Assembly: GCA_023424095.1 (NCBI GenBank)
Contig: JAFAEG010000030.1
Location: forward strand, 6,674 to 70,673
Direction of reading: 5' to 3'
DNA length: 64,000 nucleotides
Origin: Pseudomonadota bacterium
GTDB lineage: Bacteria > Pseudomonadota > Alphaproteobacteria > Sphingomonadales > Sphingomonadaceae
The position numbers and the translations under genes were made by a program. A model generated the notes under the pieces. The model was not told where the DNA came from. It did not search any database and saw only the letters and a list, made by a program, of their open reading frames with translations. This document shows positions 40,635 to 49,147 of the stretch, one piece after another (the stretch's first letter is position 1; every line of letters begins with the position of its first letter).

Positions 40635-41723
40635 TCAGCGAAAGATGCGCCGCACCTTTGCCGGGGTCCTGAGCCACGCGCCGATGCTTGCAGGATCATG
40701 GCGCAGGTCCCGCGCCGCATCGCCGATCCGCCAGGTCGCCTTGCGGATTCTCCCTTCGAACCTGCCCCTGGCGGCAGCGCTCACGAAGCGTCGCCGCGCC
40801 GCCTCCGGATCCGCGCCGGAGCCGGCTGGAATCGGCTCGCCCAGCAAGACCGCGGCGAGGCCCAGATTGTCGCGCAGCACCGCGACGAAACCGAAGCGGG
40901 TGAAGTGCCGGCTCTGCCAGTCCCAGTCGATTTGCGTGCCATGTCGTCGCCGCAGGACGGCGAGGTCGAGCAATTGCCGCAGGCTCGGCCGTGCCGCGCG
41001 ATAGCGCCGGTCGACGATCTGGGCATGGACGATGTTGTGAGCGACGCGCCAATCCACCCCGGGGATCAGGGCGACACCCTCCCCCACCGGCACCTCCGTC
41101 GCTTGCGCCAGCGCATTTTCCCGATCGACCATGCGCACAAAGTTGGGACGGGCCGCCGCATGATGGATTTCGACCGAGACCGCCGTCTCCTTATCGCGCT
41201 GCATGGGCAGATGATGGTGGCCCGGAGAGGCTTGTGTGTGCGCTTCGAAACCGGCGGCCGCCAACGCTTCGAACGCGCCCGGCGCTGAGTCGGGCGGCAC
41301 CATCAGATCGCAATCGAGCATCACCCGCAGGCCCGGCGCCGGATAATCCCCGGCCGCGAGCATCGCCGCCCCCTTCAGCAGCAACGGCTGGATGCCGATC
41401 GCATTGAGGGCTCGGGTCGCGCGTTCCAGCGTCGACAGCACGCGCCGGTTCCGCTCGCCATTCATTTGGAGCAGGGCCGCAAACACCTGGGCGACCGGCG
41501 GCGGAATGCCGTCCGCGCGATGGATGCACCAGCCCAGCGCCGGTGCGACCATCTGCTCGCTCGCCAGCGCGACGATCCGCTCCCAATCGGGCGGCGTTTC
41601 CGCAAAGCCCCGGCGCTCTCCCCCCGTGCAGCCGCTCAGCGATCCGCCGATCAAGATCAGGTCGCGCCAGTCCGCCAGAGCGTCGGCGCGCCGGGCCGCG
41701 AGATTGCGACCGGTGGCGGTCAT
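40635..41723 (-). CDS. Nucleotidyltransferase family protein (PF14907-like)
   Basis: 362-aa ORF with LLLKGAAML...VMLDCDLMV...H-rich segments resembling the uncharacterised nucleotidyltransferase family. Its ATG overlaps the stop of the upstream kinase (ATGA). Confidence 0.7.
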   Translation of the reverse strand: MTATGRNLAARRADALADWRDLILIGGSLSGCTGGERRGFAETPPDWERIVALASEQMVAPALGWCIHRADGIPPPVAQVFAALLQMNGERNRRVLSTLERATRALNAIGIQPLLLKGAAMLAAGDYPAPGLRVMLDCDLMVPPDSAPGAFEALAAAGFEAHTQASPGHHHLPMQRDKETAVSVEIHHAAARPNFVRMVDRENALAQATEVPVGEGVALIPGVDWRVAHNIVHAQIVDRRYRAARPSLRQLLDLAVLRRRHGTQIDWDWQSRHFTRFGFVAVLRDNLGLAAVLLGEPIPAGSGADPEAARRRFVSAAARGRFEGRIRKATWRIGDAARDLRHDPASIGAWLRTPAKVRRIFR

Positions 41724-42820
41724 CTTGCTGCCAGGGTCAGCGCGTTGACGCGCTCGACCGCCGCCGCGACGTCGCCATACGGCAAGGTGAAGGCCGGCGT
41801 TCGCTCGATCCAGCCGATCAGGGCCTCGATCCGCGCGTCCGTGACGGGAGCCTCGACGCTGAGGCCCGCCTCGATCAGGCGCTGCAACGCGTTCAACGCC
41901 GATACCGGCTCGGACTCCGGCGTGTCCCCGGGGCGGAAATGCGGAAAGATCAGCGCGCCGACCGGCTGAGGCTCCGGCCAGACCGGCGCGCCGAGTTCGA
42001 CCATCCGCGCCCTTGTATTCTTCACCTTGTAGGTCGTCGCCGTCCGAAGCGCCGGAAAGCGCTCGGCAAAGAGCGGCCAGCTTGCCTCCTTCACGCTCAG
42101 CGGCAGCGGCCAGGGCAATGCCTTGCCGGCCATCGTCAAAGGCACGGCGTCGTCTGAGCGATAGTCATAGCCGGCCCTGACCAGCGCCCCAATCAGGGTG
42201 CTCTTGCCGCTGCCCGACACGCCGGCGATGCACAGGCCGCCCTGCGGACCGGCCACCGCGCCGGCGTGGAGCATGGCCACCACCTCATGTTCCGGCCATG
42301 CCAGGCCGATCATCGCGCGGATCGCCTGCTGCAGGCCGTAGCCGCGGCCGCGCACCACGCCGTCGACGGTCGTGACGGTCAGTTCGTCCGCTTCAACGCG
42401 GACCTCGATGCGCGTTTCGCTCGCGCGGTCGCTTGCGGGAAAGCGCTCGATCCACCGCGCTAGGACGCCGGCATGACGGGGATGTTCGACCGCGATCTCG
42501 AACACGGCGCCGCGCAATCGGCAGCGCCATTCACCCGCCCAGGCGGCCGGGCCTGCAGGCAACAAGGTTTCGGGATCCGATTGGCCGCGGCCCGGATCAG
42601 CATCCGCGGCGATCGTCCATGCTGCGATCAGCGCCGAAACATCCTGTTCGACGCGGGCCACCGTCTCAGGCTGCCCCCTGCTGATCGCCGCGACGATCTC
42701 CGAGGCTGGGATCCCGGCATCGAAGGCGCGCCAGATGTTCGCGGCGTGGGCATCGAGCACGAGCAGGCGTTCCCGCTCCGCCGGCAAGACCAGCCCATCG
42801 CCGCACGGGAACGCGCGCAT
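41720..42820 (-). CDS. PqqD-like (RRE) domain fused to HprK-related kinase
   Basis: The first ~75 aa (LLVLDAHAANIWRAFDAGIPASEIVAAISRG..VEQDVSALIAAW) are PqqD-like. The C-terminal part has CIAGVSGSGKSTLIGALVRAGYDYRSDDAVPL, which parallels GPSGAGKSDLAIRLIDRGAMLVSDDYTQL of the genuine HprK at 50678. Confidence 0.75.
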   Translation of the reverse strand: MRAFPCGDGLVLPAERERLLVLDAHAANIWRAFDAGIPASEIVAAISRGQPETVARVEQDVSALIAAWTIAADADPGRGQSDPETLLPAGPAAWAGEWRCRLRGAVFEIAVEHPRHAGVLARWIERFPASDRASETRIEVRVEADELTVTTVDGVVRGRGYGLQQAIRAMIGLAWPEHEVVAMLHAGAVAGPQGGLCIAGVSGSGKSTLIGALVRAGYDYRSDDAVPLTMAGKALPWPLPLSVKEASWPLFAERFPALRTATTYKVKNTRARMVELGAPVWPEPQPVGALIFPHFRPGDTPESEPVSALNALQRLIEAGLSVEAPVTDARIEALIGWIERTPAFTLPYGDVAAAVERVNALTLAAR

Positions 42821-42842
42821 TCCCGTGGCATTCGCTAAGAGG

Positions 42843-43025
42843 TCAGACGACGCTTCCGCTGGAGACGAACTGGGCGGTCGCCTTGCTGCTCATCAGCACG
42901 GTCATGGACGGCGCGACATAGGCGCCCATCACGCCAAGCCGCTCGAGCACATCCTGCCGGGCCGCTTCCGCTTCTTCCTGCTGCGCGATGCTGAGATCGC
43001 CGTCGGAGCGCTTGTCGATAGTCAT
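42843..43025 (-). CDS. Candidate RiPP precursor peptide (60 aa)
   Basis: AAGAGGGGGG lies 8 nt before the ATG, third codon positions are G/C-rich like host genes, and it is the first gene of the kinase operon. An acidic, helix-prone N-terminal half is followed by a Ser/Thr-rich C-terminal half (..GVMGAYVAPSMTVLMSSKATAQFVSSGSVV). Confidence 0.55.
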   Translation of the reverse strand: MTIDKRSDGDLSIAQQEEAEAARQDVLERLGVMGAYVAPSMTVLMSSKATAQFVSSGSVV

Positions 43026-43131
43026 GGGAATTGTCCCCCCTCTTTACCATGTCCAGATTCCTCCAGAATGGCGGATTTTGCAACAATTTTTCATAAGGAT
43101 GTGTATGATTTCGGCTCCGTAAGGGGAACCA
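43026..43131. promoter_or_regulatory. AT-rich divergent promoter region of the peptide/kinase and radical-SAM operons
   Basis: 106-bp spacer; my hand count gives 13 G/C in the 40 nt at 43071-43110. It contains TTGCAA and TATGAT hexamers, but their spacing (20 nt) does not allow a confident promoter call. Confidence 0.35.
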
Positions 43132-44310
43132 ATGCGCGACCGGGTCAAACTCGTCTTCGTCCTCAGCCACGCCTGTCCGCTGAAGTGCAATTTCTGCTGC
43201 AGCACACGCGAGGTCGTCGGCCGCGGACGCATCCAGCGCGACACCATCCGCGACTCGATGCTGAACTTCGCTTGCGAGCCATCCGTTTCCGCTTTCGGCT
43301 TCACCGGCGGCGATCCCTTTCTCTATCTCGAAGACATCAAGGCCGCGGTGCGCGAGGCGCGCGATTATGGCGTCACCCAGCCCATCCAGATGACGACCTC
43401 CGCTTATTGGGCGGAGAGCCGCGAGCAGGTGACGGCGCTCCTGGCCGAACTGCAGGCACTTGGCCTCGACCAGCTCATGCTCAGCTATGATCATGAACAT
43501 GCCCGCTGGGTGACGCCGGACCAGATCCGCATGGTCTGCGAAGCTGCGGCCAAGCTTGGCATTCGCATCGTCATTTCCGCTACCTTCTGGAACGAAGGCG
43601 AGCAGCTCGCGGACCTCCTGCCGGACGTTGCGGCGGCGCCGGGCATCACCACGATCAACCACGTCGTCACGCCAATGGGGCGGGCGAAGACCTCGTCGGC
43701 ATGGCCCCGGCGCTACAATGTGCCGGTTCAGGCCAAAATGTCCTGCTTCATGCCGGGGGAATATCTGTTCTCCGTCTATCCCGACGGGGAAGTCTATCCC
43801 TGCTGTGGCGGCGGCTTCCAGATCGAGGCCGGGCTGTCCTGCGGCAACATCAACCGCGACCCGCCCGCGCGCATCCTCTACGCCGGGCTCGCCAATTTCC
43901 ACGTCCGCCTCGCCAAGGAATTTGGCTGGGGCGTGCTCTACGCCCTGATCGAGCGCGAAGCGCCGGAGCTGGCGGCCCAATTGCCGTCGATCGAGAATGC
44001 GGACTCGGTGTGCGAAATCTGCCGCGACCTGCACCTAAAGCTCGCCGAGCAACTCGCGCCTTACCAGCAGGTGATCGAACGCGAATATGCCCGCGCCCGC
44101 GCGACCCGCGAGTGGCAACGCGCGGGCGGTCCCGAGCGGCGGGCGATCCCGGGCGGTGAAGTCACGCTGGACGAACTGCTGGCGCGGATGGATTGTGATC
44201 GGGCGCTGCGGCTCGATTATCTCGCCGGCATCTTCCAACTCGGCGATGATTTCCCGGCCGAGCCGCCCCGCGAAGAGCCGAGCAACATCCGCACCGCCAG
44301 CTTCGCATGA
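43132..44310 (+). CDS. Radical SAM enzyme with C-terminal Cys-rich (SPASM/twitch-like) region
   Basis: CPLKCNFC (CxxxCxxC) at residues 15-22. Later come YPDGEVYPCCGGG, LSCGNI and CEIC cysteines. AAGGGG lies 6 nt before the ATG. Confidence 0.8.
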   Translation: MRDRVKLVFVLSHACPLKCNFCCSTREVVGRGRIQRDTIRDSMLNFACEPSVSAFGFTGGDPFLYLEDIKAAVREARDYGVTQPIQMTTSAYWAESREQVTALLAELQALGLDQLMLSYDHEHARWVTPDQIRMVCEAAAKLGIRIVISATFWNEGEQLADLLPDVAAAPGITTINHVVTPMGRAKTSSAWPRRYNVPVQAKMSCFMPGEYLFSVYPDGEVYPCCGGGFQIEAGLSCGNINRDPPARILYAGLANFHVRLAKEFGWGVLYALIEREAPELAAQLPSIENADSVCEICRDLHLKLAEQLAPYQQVIEREYARARATREWQRAGGPERRAIPGGEVTLDELLARMDCDRALRLDYLAGIFQLGDDFPAEPPREEPSNIRTASFA

Positions 44311-45785
44311 CGCAGCCCTCGACCGGCCCGGATGCCGCCGAGCTGGATCGAAAGGTGGCGGAAGCCCGCCAACTGCTCGACCAAGGCGACACCCATGCGG
44401 CGATCACCCTGCTGGGCGAATCCCTGCGCACCGACCATCGCCATGTCCCGACCCTGATCGCCTTCGCCCGCGCCCAATTCCGCTGGGGCAATCCGGCACA
44501 AGCGGAAGCCGCCTGCCACGCCGCTTTGGCCGAAGCGCCCGACAATGCGGAGGCGATTGCTCAACTCGGCGCCATCCTGATCCACGCCAACAAGGCCGAC
44601 GCCGCCCTCGAGCTCGCCGAGCGATCCCTGCGTGAACAGCCAGGTCACCGGCCCATCCGGCTCGTCCGCGCAAACGCCCTCAAAGTGCTTGGCCAGATCG
44701 ATCAAGCGCGAGAGGCTCTGCGCGACCTGATCGAAAGTGACCCCGACGACCCCTCGCCTCTCGCCAGCTATGCCGAGATCGTCACAGCGGACGACCGCGC
44801 CGGGTTGATCGTCCTTCTGCGTGCGGCCGTTGCCGAAGCAAATCCCGACCAATCGACCCGCCCGAGCCTGCATTATGCGCTCGGGCGGCTGCTCGACCAA
44901 AGCGGCGAGCATGACGAAGCCTTTGCCGAATTCGCCGCCGGCGCGCGACTGATGAAGGCGCGCATCGCCTATGACGAGCCATTCACGCTCAGCCTGTTCG
45001 ATCGCACGCGCGCCACATTCGCCACGCCAGCTGCACCCGTCCCCGGGGCGCCACATGCAGGGCCCACCCCGATCTTCATCGTCGGCATGCCGCGCTCCGG
45101 CAGTACCCTGATCGAGCAGATCATCTCCCGCCACCCCGACGCCTTTTGCGCGGGCGAGATCATGGCCTTCGCCGATGCTCTGGCCGCAGAGCGTCGCGCC
45201 GATCCTTCGCTCCCCCTCTTTCCGGAACTGGCGACCGGACTGGACGGAGCCGCATGGCAACGGGTCGGCGCGGCCTACCGCGGCGCAATGCCCAACGAAG
45301 CGTCAGGCAAGCGCATCCACGTCAACAAATTGCTCGGCAATCACCTCTTCATCGGCGCGATCCTGCAGGCGCTGCCGGATGCGCGCTTCATCATCGCCAG
45401 GCGCGATCCGCGCGATACCTGCCTGTCGATCTTCTCGCTGAATTTCGAACAGCACATTCCGTTCGGCTACGATCTGGGCGAACTGGGCCGCTATCACCGC
45501 GGCTGCGACGCCATCCTGGCGCACTGGCTGTCGATCCTGCCGGAGGCTCGCATCCTGGAGGTCGCCTATGAGAATCTGGTCACCGATTTCGAGGCCGAAG
45601 CGCGCCGGCTGATCGCTTTTCTCGACCTGGCCTGGACGCCCGAATGTCTCGACTTCCACAAGTCGGATCGTCCAGTTCTGACCGCGAGTTTGAACCAGGT
45701 GCGCCAGCCACTCTACGCCAGCTCGATCGGCCGCTGGCGCGCTTATGAGCGCCATCTGGAGCCGCTGTTCGAGGCGCTGGGCTAG
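44307..45785 (+). CDS. TPR-repeat sulfotransferase (TPST/Sulfotransfer_3-like)
   Basis: The N-terminal ~230 aa are TPR-like. The C-terminal part has the 5'-PSB motif IVGMPRSGSTLIEQ and RRDPRDTCLS (3'-PB-like). Its ATG overlaps the radical-SAM stop (ATGA). Confidence 0.8.
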   Translation: MTQPSTGPDAAELDRKVAEARQLLDQGDTHAAITLLGESLRTDHRHVPTLIAFARAQFRWGNPAQAEAACHAALAEAPDNAEAIAQLGAILIHANKADAALELAERSLREQPGHRPIRLVRANALKVLGQIDQAREALRDLIESDPDDPSPLASYAEIVTADDRAGLIVLLRAAVAEANPDQSTRPSLHYALGRLLDQSGEHDEAFAEFAAGARLMKARIAYDEPFTLSLFDRTRATFATPAAPVPGAPHAGPTPIFIVGMPRSGSTLIEQIISRHPDAFCAGEIMAFADALAAERRADPSLPLFPELATGLDGAAWQRVGAAYRGAMPNEASGKRIHVNKLLGNHLFIGAILQALPDARFIIARRDPRDTCLSIFSLNFEQHIPFGYDLGELGRYHRGCDAILAHWLSILPEARILEVAYENLVTDFEAEARRLIAFLDLAWTPECLDFHKSDRPVLTASLNQVRQPLYASSIGRWRAYERHLEPLFEALG

Positions 45786-45789
45786 GACC

Positions 45790-46101
45790 TCACTCGGGAC
45801 GCCGCACGACGACCAGCTTCTGATCCCGCAATTGCGCGACGAAACTGGACACGTCCGCCTGCACCGTCGCGACCTCGACACCGTAAAGGGCGGCGATCTC
45901 GACCGCGAGCGAGGCGATGGTGCGCTCTTCGGCGATCCGCTCCCAGATCTGCACGCCGATTGCGTTCAGTTCGACATAATCGCCTTGCTCGACGCCGATC
46001 AGCACCCAGCGCCCGTCGATCTCGACCGCATTTTCTTCGGGCCGGCGGGCAACGAGATCGTCAGGGTGAAGCGGAGCGGCTGGCATGATGCGGTGGGTCA
46101 T
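45790..46101 (-). CDS. PqqD family peptide chaperone (stand-alone RRE)
   Basis: VEIDGRWVLIGVEQGDYVELNAIGVQIWERIAEERTIASLAVEIAALYGVEVATVQADVSSFVAQL is typical of PqqD. The start is at 46101 or 46086. Confidence 0.7.
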   Translation of the reverse strand: MTHRIMPAAPLHPDDLVARRPEENAVEIDGRWVLIGVEQGDYVELNAIGVQIWERIAEERTIASLAVEIAALYGVEVATVQADVSSFVAQLRDQKLVVVRRPE

Positions 46102-46127
46102 GCCGGGTCGGGCGCGGGCGTGCAACG

Positions 46128-46565
46128 CTACGTCAGGTCCGGCTCGACCCAGCCCAACCGGGCCTCGCGCGAGAACAGCTTTTCCTTCGAATAGAACCGG
46201 AGCGGCCAATCGCGCCGCCCCTCCTCCGCCTGCAGCAAGGCGTTGACCCGTTCGCAAAGCCCCTTCCCCGTGCTTCCGGCGAGCGCTGCGCGGGCGGCGC
46301 GGATCGACACCTGGGTGATGGTTTCGTGATAGCCCTCGCTGTCGCTGTTCACGCCGCCGACGCTCTCATTGTAGCGGCGAATGAGGTCCGGCAGGTCGCG
46401 TTCCGGCACGATGTCGGGGCGCTCCAGGATGAGCCAGGCGCAGGCGACGAGATGGGCTTCGTGCGTCCATTCGGCGCGCGGCAGGCTGCGCGCGAGCATG
46501 CCCTCGCCGACGTGGCGCACGGCCGCGTCGTCGGCGAACAGGCGGACGGGATGATCGGTCATCAT
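46128..46565 (-). CDS. Hypothetical protein
   Basis: 145-aa ORF (MMTDHPVRLFADD..GYHETITQV..) following AAGGA, 26 nt upstream of and co-oriented with the PqqD gene. I recognise no family. Confidence 0.5.
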   Translation of the reverse strand: MMTDHPVRLFADDAAVRHVGEGMLARSLPRAEWTHEAHLVACAWLILERPDIVPERDLPDLIRRYNESVGGVNSDSEGYHETITQVSIRAARAALAGSTGKGLCERVNALLQAEEGRRDWPLRFYSKEKLFSREARLGWVEPDLT

Positions 46566-46581
46566 CGGATATCCTTCGGGC

Positions 46582-46619
46582 AAAAGAAAAGGGGCGCGCC
46601 GGTCGCCCGGCACACCCCT
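46582..46619 (-). terminator. Intrinsic terminator after pckA
   Basis: On the minus strand the sequence reads GGGGTGTGCCGG-GCGA-CCGGCGCGCCCC followed by TTTTCTTTT, about 20 nt after the pckA stop. Confidence 0.55.
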
Positions 46620-46641
46620 GTTTCAGGCAGAATGACAGGCG

Positions 46642-48288
46642 TCAGGCGGCCGGCATTACCGGCCGATTTTCGGCTTGCGCTTGTTGGCCGGCCGCCGGGG
46701 CGGAATCGCGGACGCTCTGATCGACATGCGCCAGGAACTTGGCGAAATTGTCGTTGAACAGTCCAACGAGCTTCTCGGCGGTCGCGTCATATTCGCCCTT
46801 GTCGGCCCAGGTGTCGCGCGGGTTCAGGATCGCGCTGTCGACCCCCGCCACCGCCTGCGGCACTTCGAAACCGAAATAGGGATCCTTGACGAATTCGGCC
46901 TGGTTCAGGCTGCCGTCGAGCGCGGCGTTCAAGAGCGCACGGGTCGCCTTGATCGGCATGCGGCTGCCGACGCCATATTTGCCGCCGGTCCAGCCGGTGT
47001 TGACCAGCCAGCAGGTGACATTGCCCTTGGCGATCCGCTCCTTGAGGAGGTTGCCGTAGACCGACGGGTGACGCGGCATGAAGGCAGCGCCGAAGCAGGT
47101 CGAGAAGGTCGCTTCCGGCTCGGTCACGCCGATCTCCGTGCCCGCGACCTTGGCGGTGTAGCCCGACAGGAAGTGGTACATGGCCTGATCGGCGGTCAGC
47201 CGCGCGATCGGCGGCATCACGCCGAAGGCGTCGGCGGTCAGGAAGATGATGTTCTTCGGGACGGGCCCAAGATTCTTCTCGCTCGAATTAGGGATGAATT
47301 CGATCGGGTAAGCGCCACGGCTATTCTCCGCGAGCGTCGCATCGTCGAGGTCGAGCTCACGCGTGACCGGATCGATCACGACATTCTCGAGCACGGTGCC
47401 GAAGCGCTTGGTGGTCGCGTAGATTTCCGGCTCGCTGTCCGCGCTCAGGCGGATCATCTTGGCGTAGCAGCCGCCTTCGAAATTGAAGACCGCGGTGTCC
47501 GACCAGCCATGCTCGTCGTCGCCGATCAGGGTGCGGCTCGCATCGGCGGAGAGCGTCGTCTTGCCGGTGCCCGACAGTCCAAAGAAGACGGCGGTGTCGC
47601 CATTCGGGCCGATATTGGCCGAGCAGTGCATCGGCATGATGCCGTCGACCGGGAGCAGATAGTTGAGCAGGCCAAAGACCGACTTCTTCATCTCGCCGGC
47701 ATACATGGTGCCGCCGATCAGGATCAGCTTCTCGGTCAGATTGACCGCGATCACCGTCTCCGAACGGGTGCCGTGGCGCGCGGGATCGGCGCGGAAGCTC
47801 GGCAGGTCGATGATGGTGAATTCGGGCGTGAAGCCGGCCAGCTCGCTCGCTTCCGGGCGAACCAGCAGGGTGCGGATGAAGAGGTTGTGCCAGGCCAGCT
47901 CGTTGATCACGCGGACGCGGACGCGATGCTCGGGCTGCGACCCGCCATAAAGATCGGCGGCATACAGCTCCGGCTTTTCGCCGAGCGCGGCCACGAAGTC
48001 GGCCTTCAGCGCGGCGAAATGCTCCGGCGACATGCTGGCATTATTGTCCCACCAGACATTGTCCTCGGTGGTCGCGTCGCGGACGATGAACTTGTCCTTC
48101 GCCGAACGGCCGGTGTGTTTGCCGGTCTTCACCACCAGCGGACCGTCCTTGGCGAGAATTCCCTCGCCCCGGCTCACCGCCTGCTCGACCAGCTGGGCGG
48201 TGCCCAGATTCCAGTTGAGCTTCGCACCGGTCGAGATGCCCTGATCGGAAAGGCCGAAGGCCGGCTCGCGAGTCGCCACCACAATCAT
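46642..48288 (-). CDS. pckA: Phosphoenolpyruvate carboxykinase (ATP)
   Basis: Contains [29 protein letters not shown] (kinase-1a) and IGDDEHGW. The start is about 48288; nearby GTG codons are also possible. Confidence 0.93.
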   Translation of the reverse strand: MIVVATREPAFGLSDQGISTGAKLNWNLGTAQLVEQAVSRGEGILAKDGPLVVKTGKHTGRSAKDKFIVRDATTEDNVWWDNNASMSPEHFAALKADFVAALGEKPELYAADLYGGSQPEHRVRVRVINELAWHNLFIRTLLVRPEASELAGFTPEFTIIDLPSFRADPARHGTRSETVIAVNLTEKLILIGGTMYAGEMKKSVFGLLNYLLPVDGIMPMHCSANIGPNGDTAVFFGLSGTGKTTLSADASRTLIGDDEHGWSDTAVFNFEGGCYAKMIRLSADSEPEIYATTKRFGTVLENVVIDPVTRELDLDDATLAENSRGAYPIEFIPNSSEKNLGPVPKNIIFLTADAFGVMPPIARLTADQAMYHFLSGYTAKVAGTEIGVTEPEATFSTCFGAAFMPRHPSVYGNLLKERIAKGNVTCWLVNTGWTGGKYGVGSRMPIKATRALLNAALDGSLNQAEFVKDPYFGFEVPQAVAGVDSAILNPRDTWADKGEYDATAEKLVGLFNDNFAKFLAHVDQSVRDSAPAAGQQAQAENRPVMPAA

Positions 48289-48439
48289 TCTCCAATAAGA
48301 AATGAGGCGCGGGGCGTCCCCGCCCGCGCCCCGATACCGCGACCGCATATAAGGAGCAGTCCGGCGCGGTCAAAGGGTAGCTTAAAACCGGGCGCTTGGC
48401 TACATCCCGACCCGAAACAAGAGGGTGAAGAGCGCGCGA

Positions 48440-49147
48440 ATGGCGATCACGATTGCGCTGGTTGACGATGACCGCAACATCCTGACGTCGCTGTCGGTGG
48501 CTCTGCAGTCGGAGGGTTTTGCGACCCGCGTCTATACGGACGGCGAAACGGCGCTGAAGGCGCTGACCGAAAATCCAGCGGATCTGGCCGTGCTGGATGT
48601 GAAGATGCCGCGCATGGACGGGATGGAATTGCTGCGCCGGCTGCGCGAACGCAGCGCGCTCCCGGTGATCTTTCTCACCTCCAAAGATGACGAGCTGGAC
48701 GAGGCGCTCGGCCTCGCCATGGGCGCCGACGATTATATCGCCAAGCCATTCTCCCAGCGCCTGTTGATCGCCCGCATCCGCGCCGTGCTTCGGCGGGCGG
48801 AGATGCGCGCCATTCCGGTCGGCGAGGAAGCGGCGGGCGAAGCGGAGGAACTGGTCCGCGGCCGCCTGTCGATGGATCCCGCCCGCCACCGGGTGCGCTG
48901 GGACGGCAAGGAAGTGGCGCTCACCGTCACCGAATTCATGATCCTGGAAGCGCTCGCGCAGCGCCCGGGCATGGTGAAGAATCGCAACCAATTGATGGAT
49001 GTCGCTTATTCCGACGACATCTATGTCGACGACCGCACGATCGACAGCCACATCAAGCGGATGCGCCGCAAGTTCCGCGTGGCCGACCCGGAGTTCAAGG
49101 GGATCGAGACGCTCTACGGCATCGGGTACCGCTTTGGCGAAGAGTGA
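48440..49147 (+). CDS. chvI: OmpR-family response regulator ChvI
   Basis: [17 protein letters not shown] receiver and a winged-helix C-terminus ([13 protein letters not shown]). It is divergent from pckA and upstream of chvG, as in other alphaproteobacteria. Confidence 0.88.
   Translation: MAITIALVDDDRNILTSLSVALQSEGFATRVYTDGETALKALTENPADLAVLDVKMPRMDGMELLRRLRERSALPVIFLTSKDDELDEALGLAMGADDYIAKPFSQRLLIARIRAVLRRAEMRAIPVGEEAAGEAEELVRGRLSMDPARHRVRWDGKEVALTVTEFMILEALAQRPGMVKNRNQLMDVAYSDDIYVDDRTIDSHIKRMRRKFRVADPEFKGIETLYGIGYRFGEE

Noticed and set aside
46128-46565. Hypothetical protein as a lasso B2 (transglutaminase-like) protease.
   Set aside because: I found no Cys...His...Asp arrangement resembling the B2 family (no ..AHAWV.. 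type motif).
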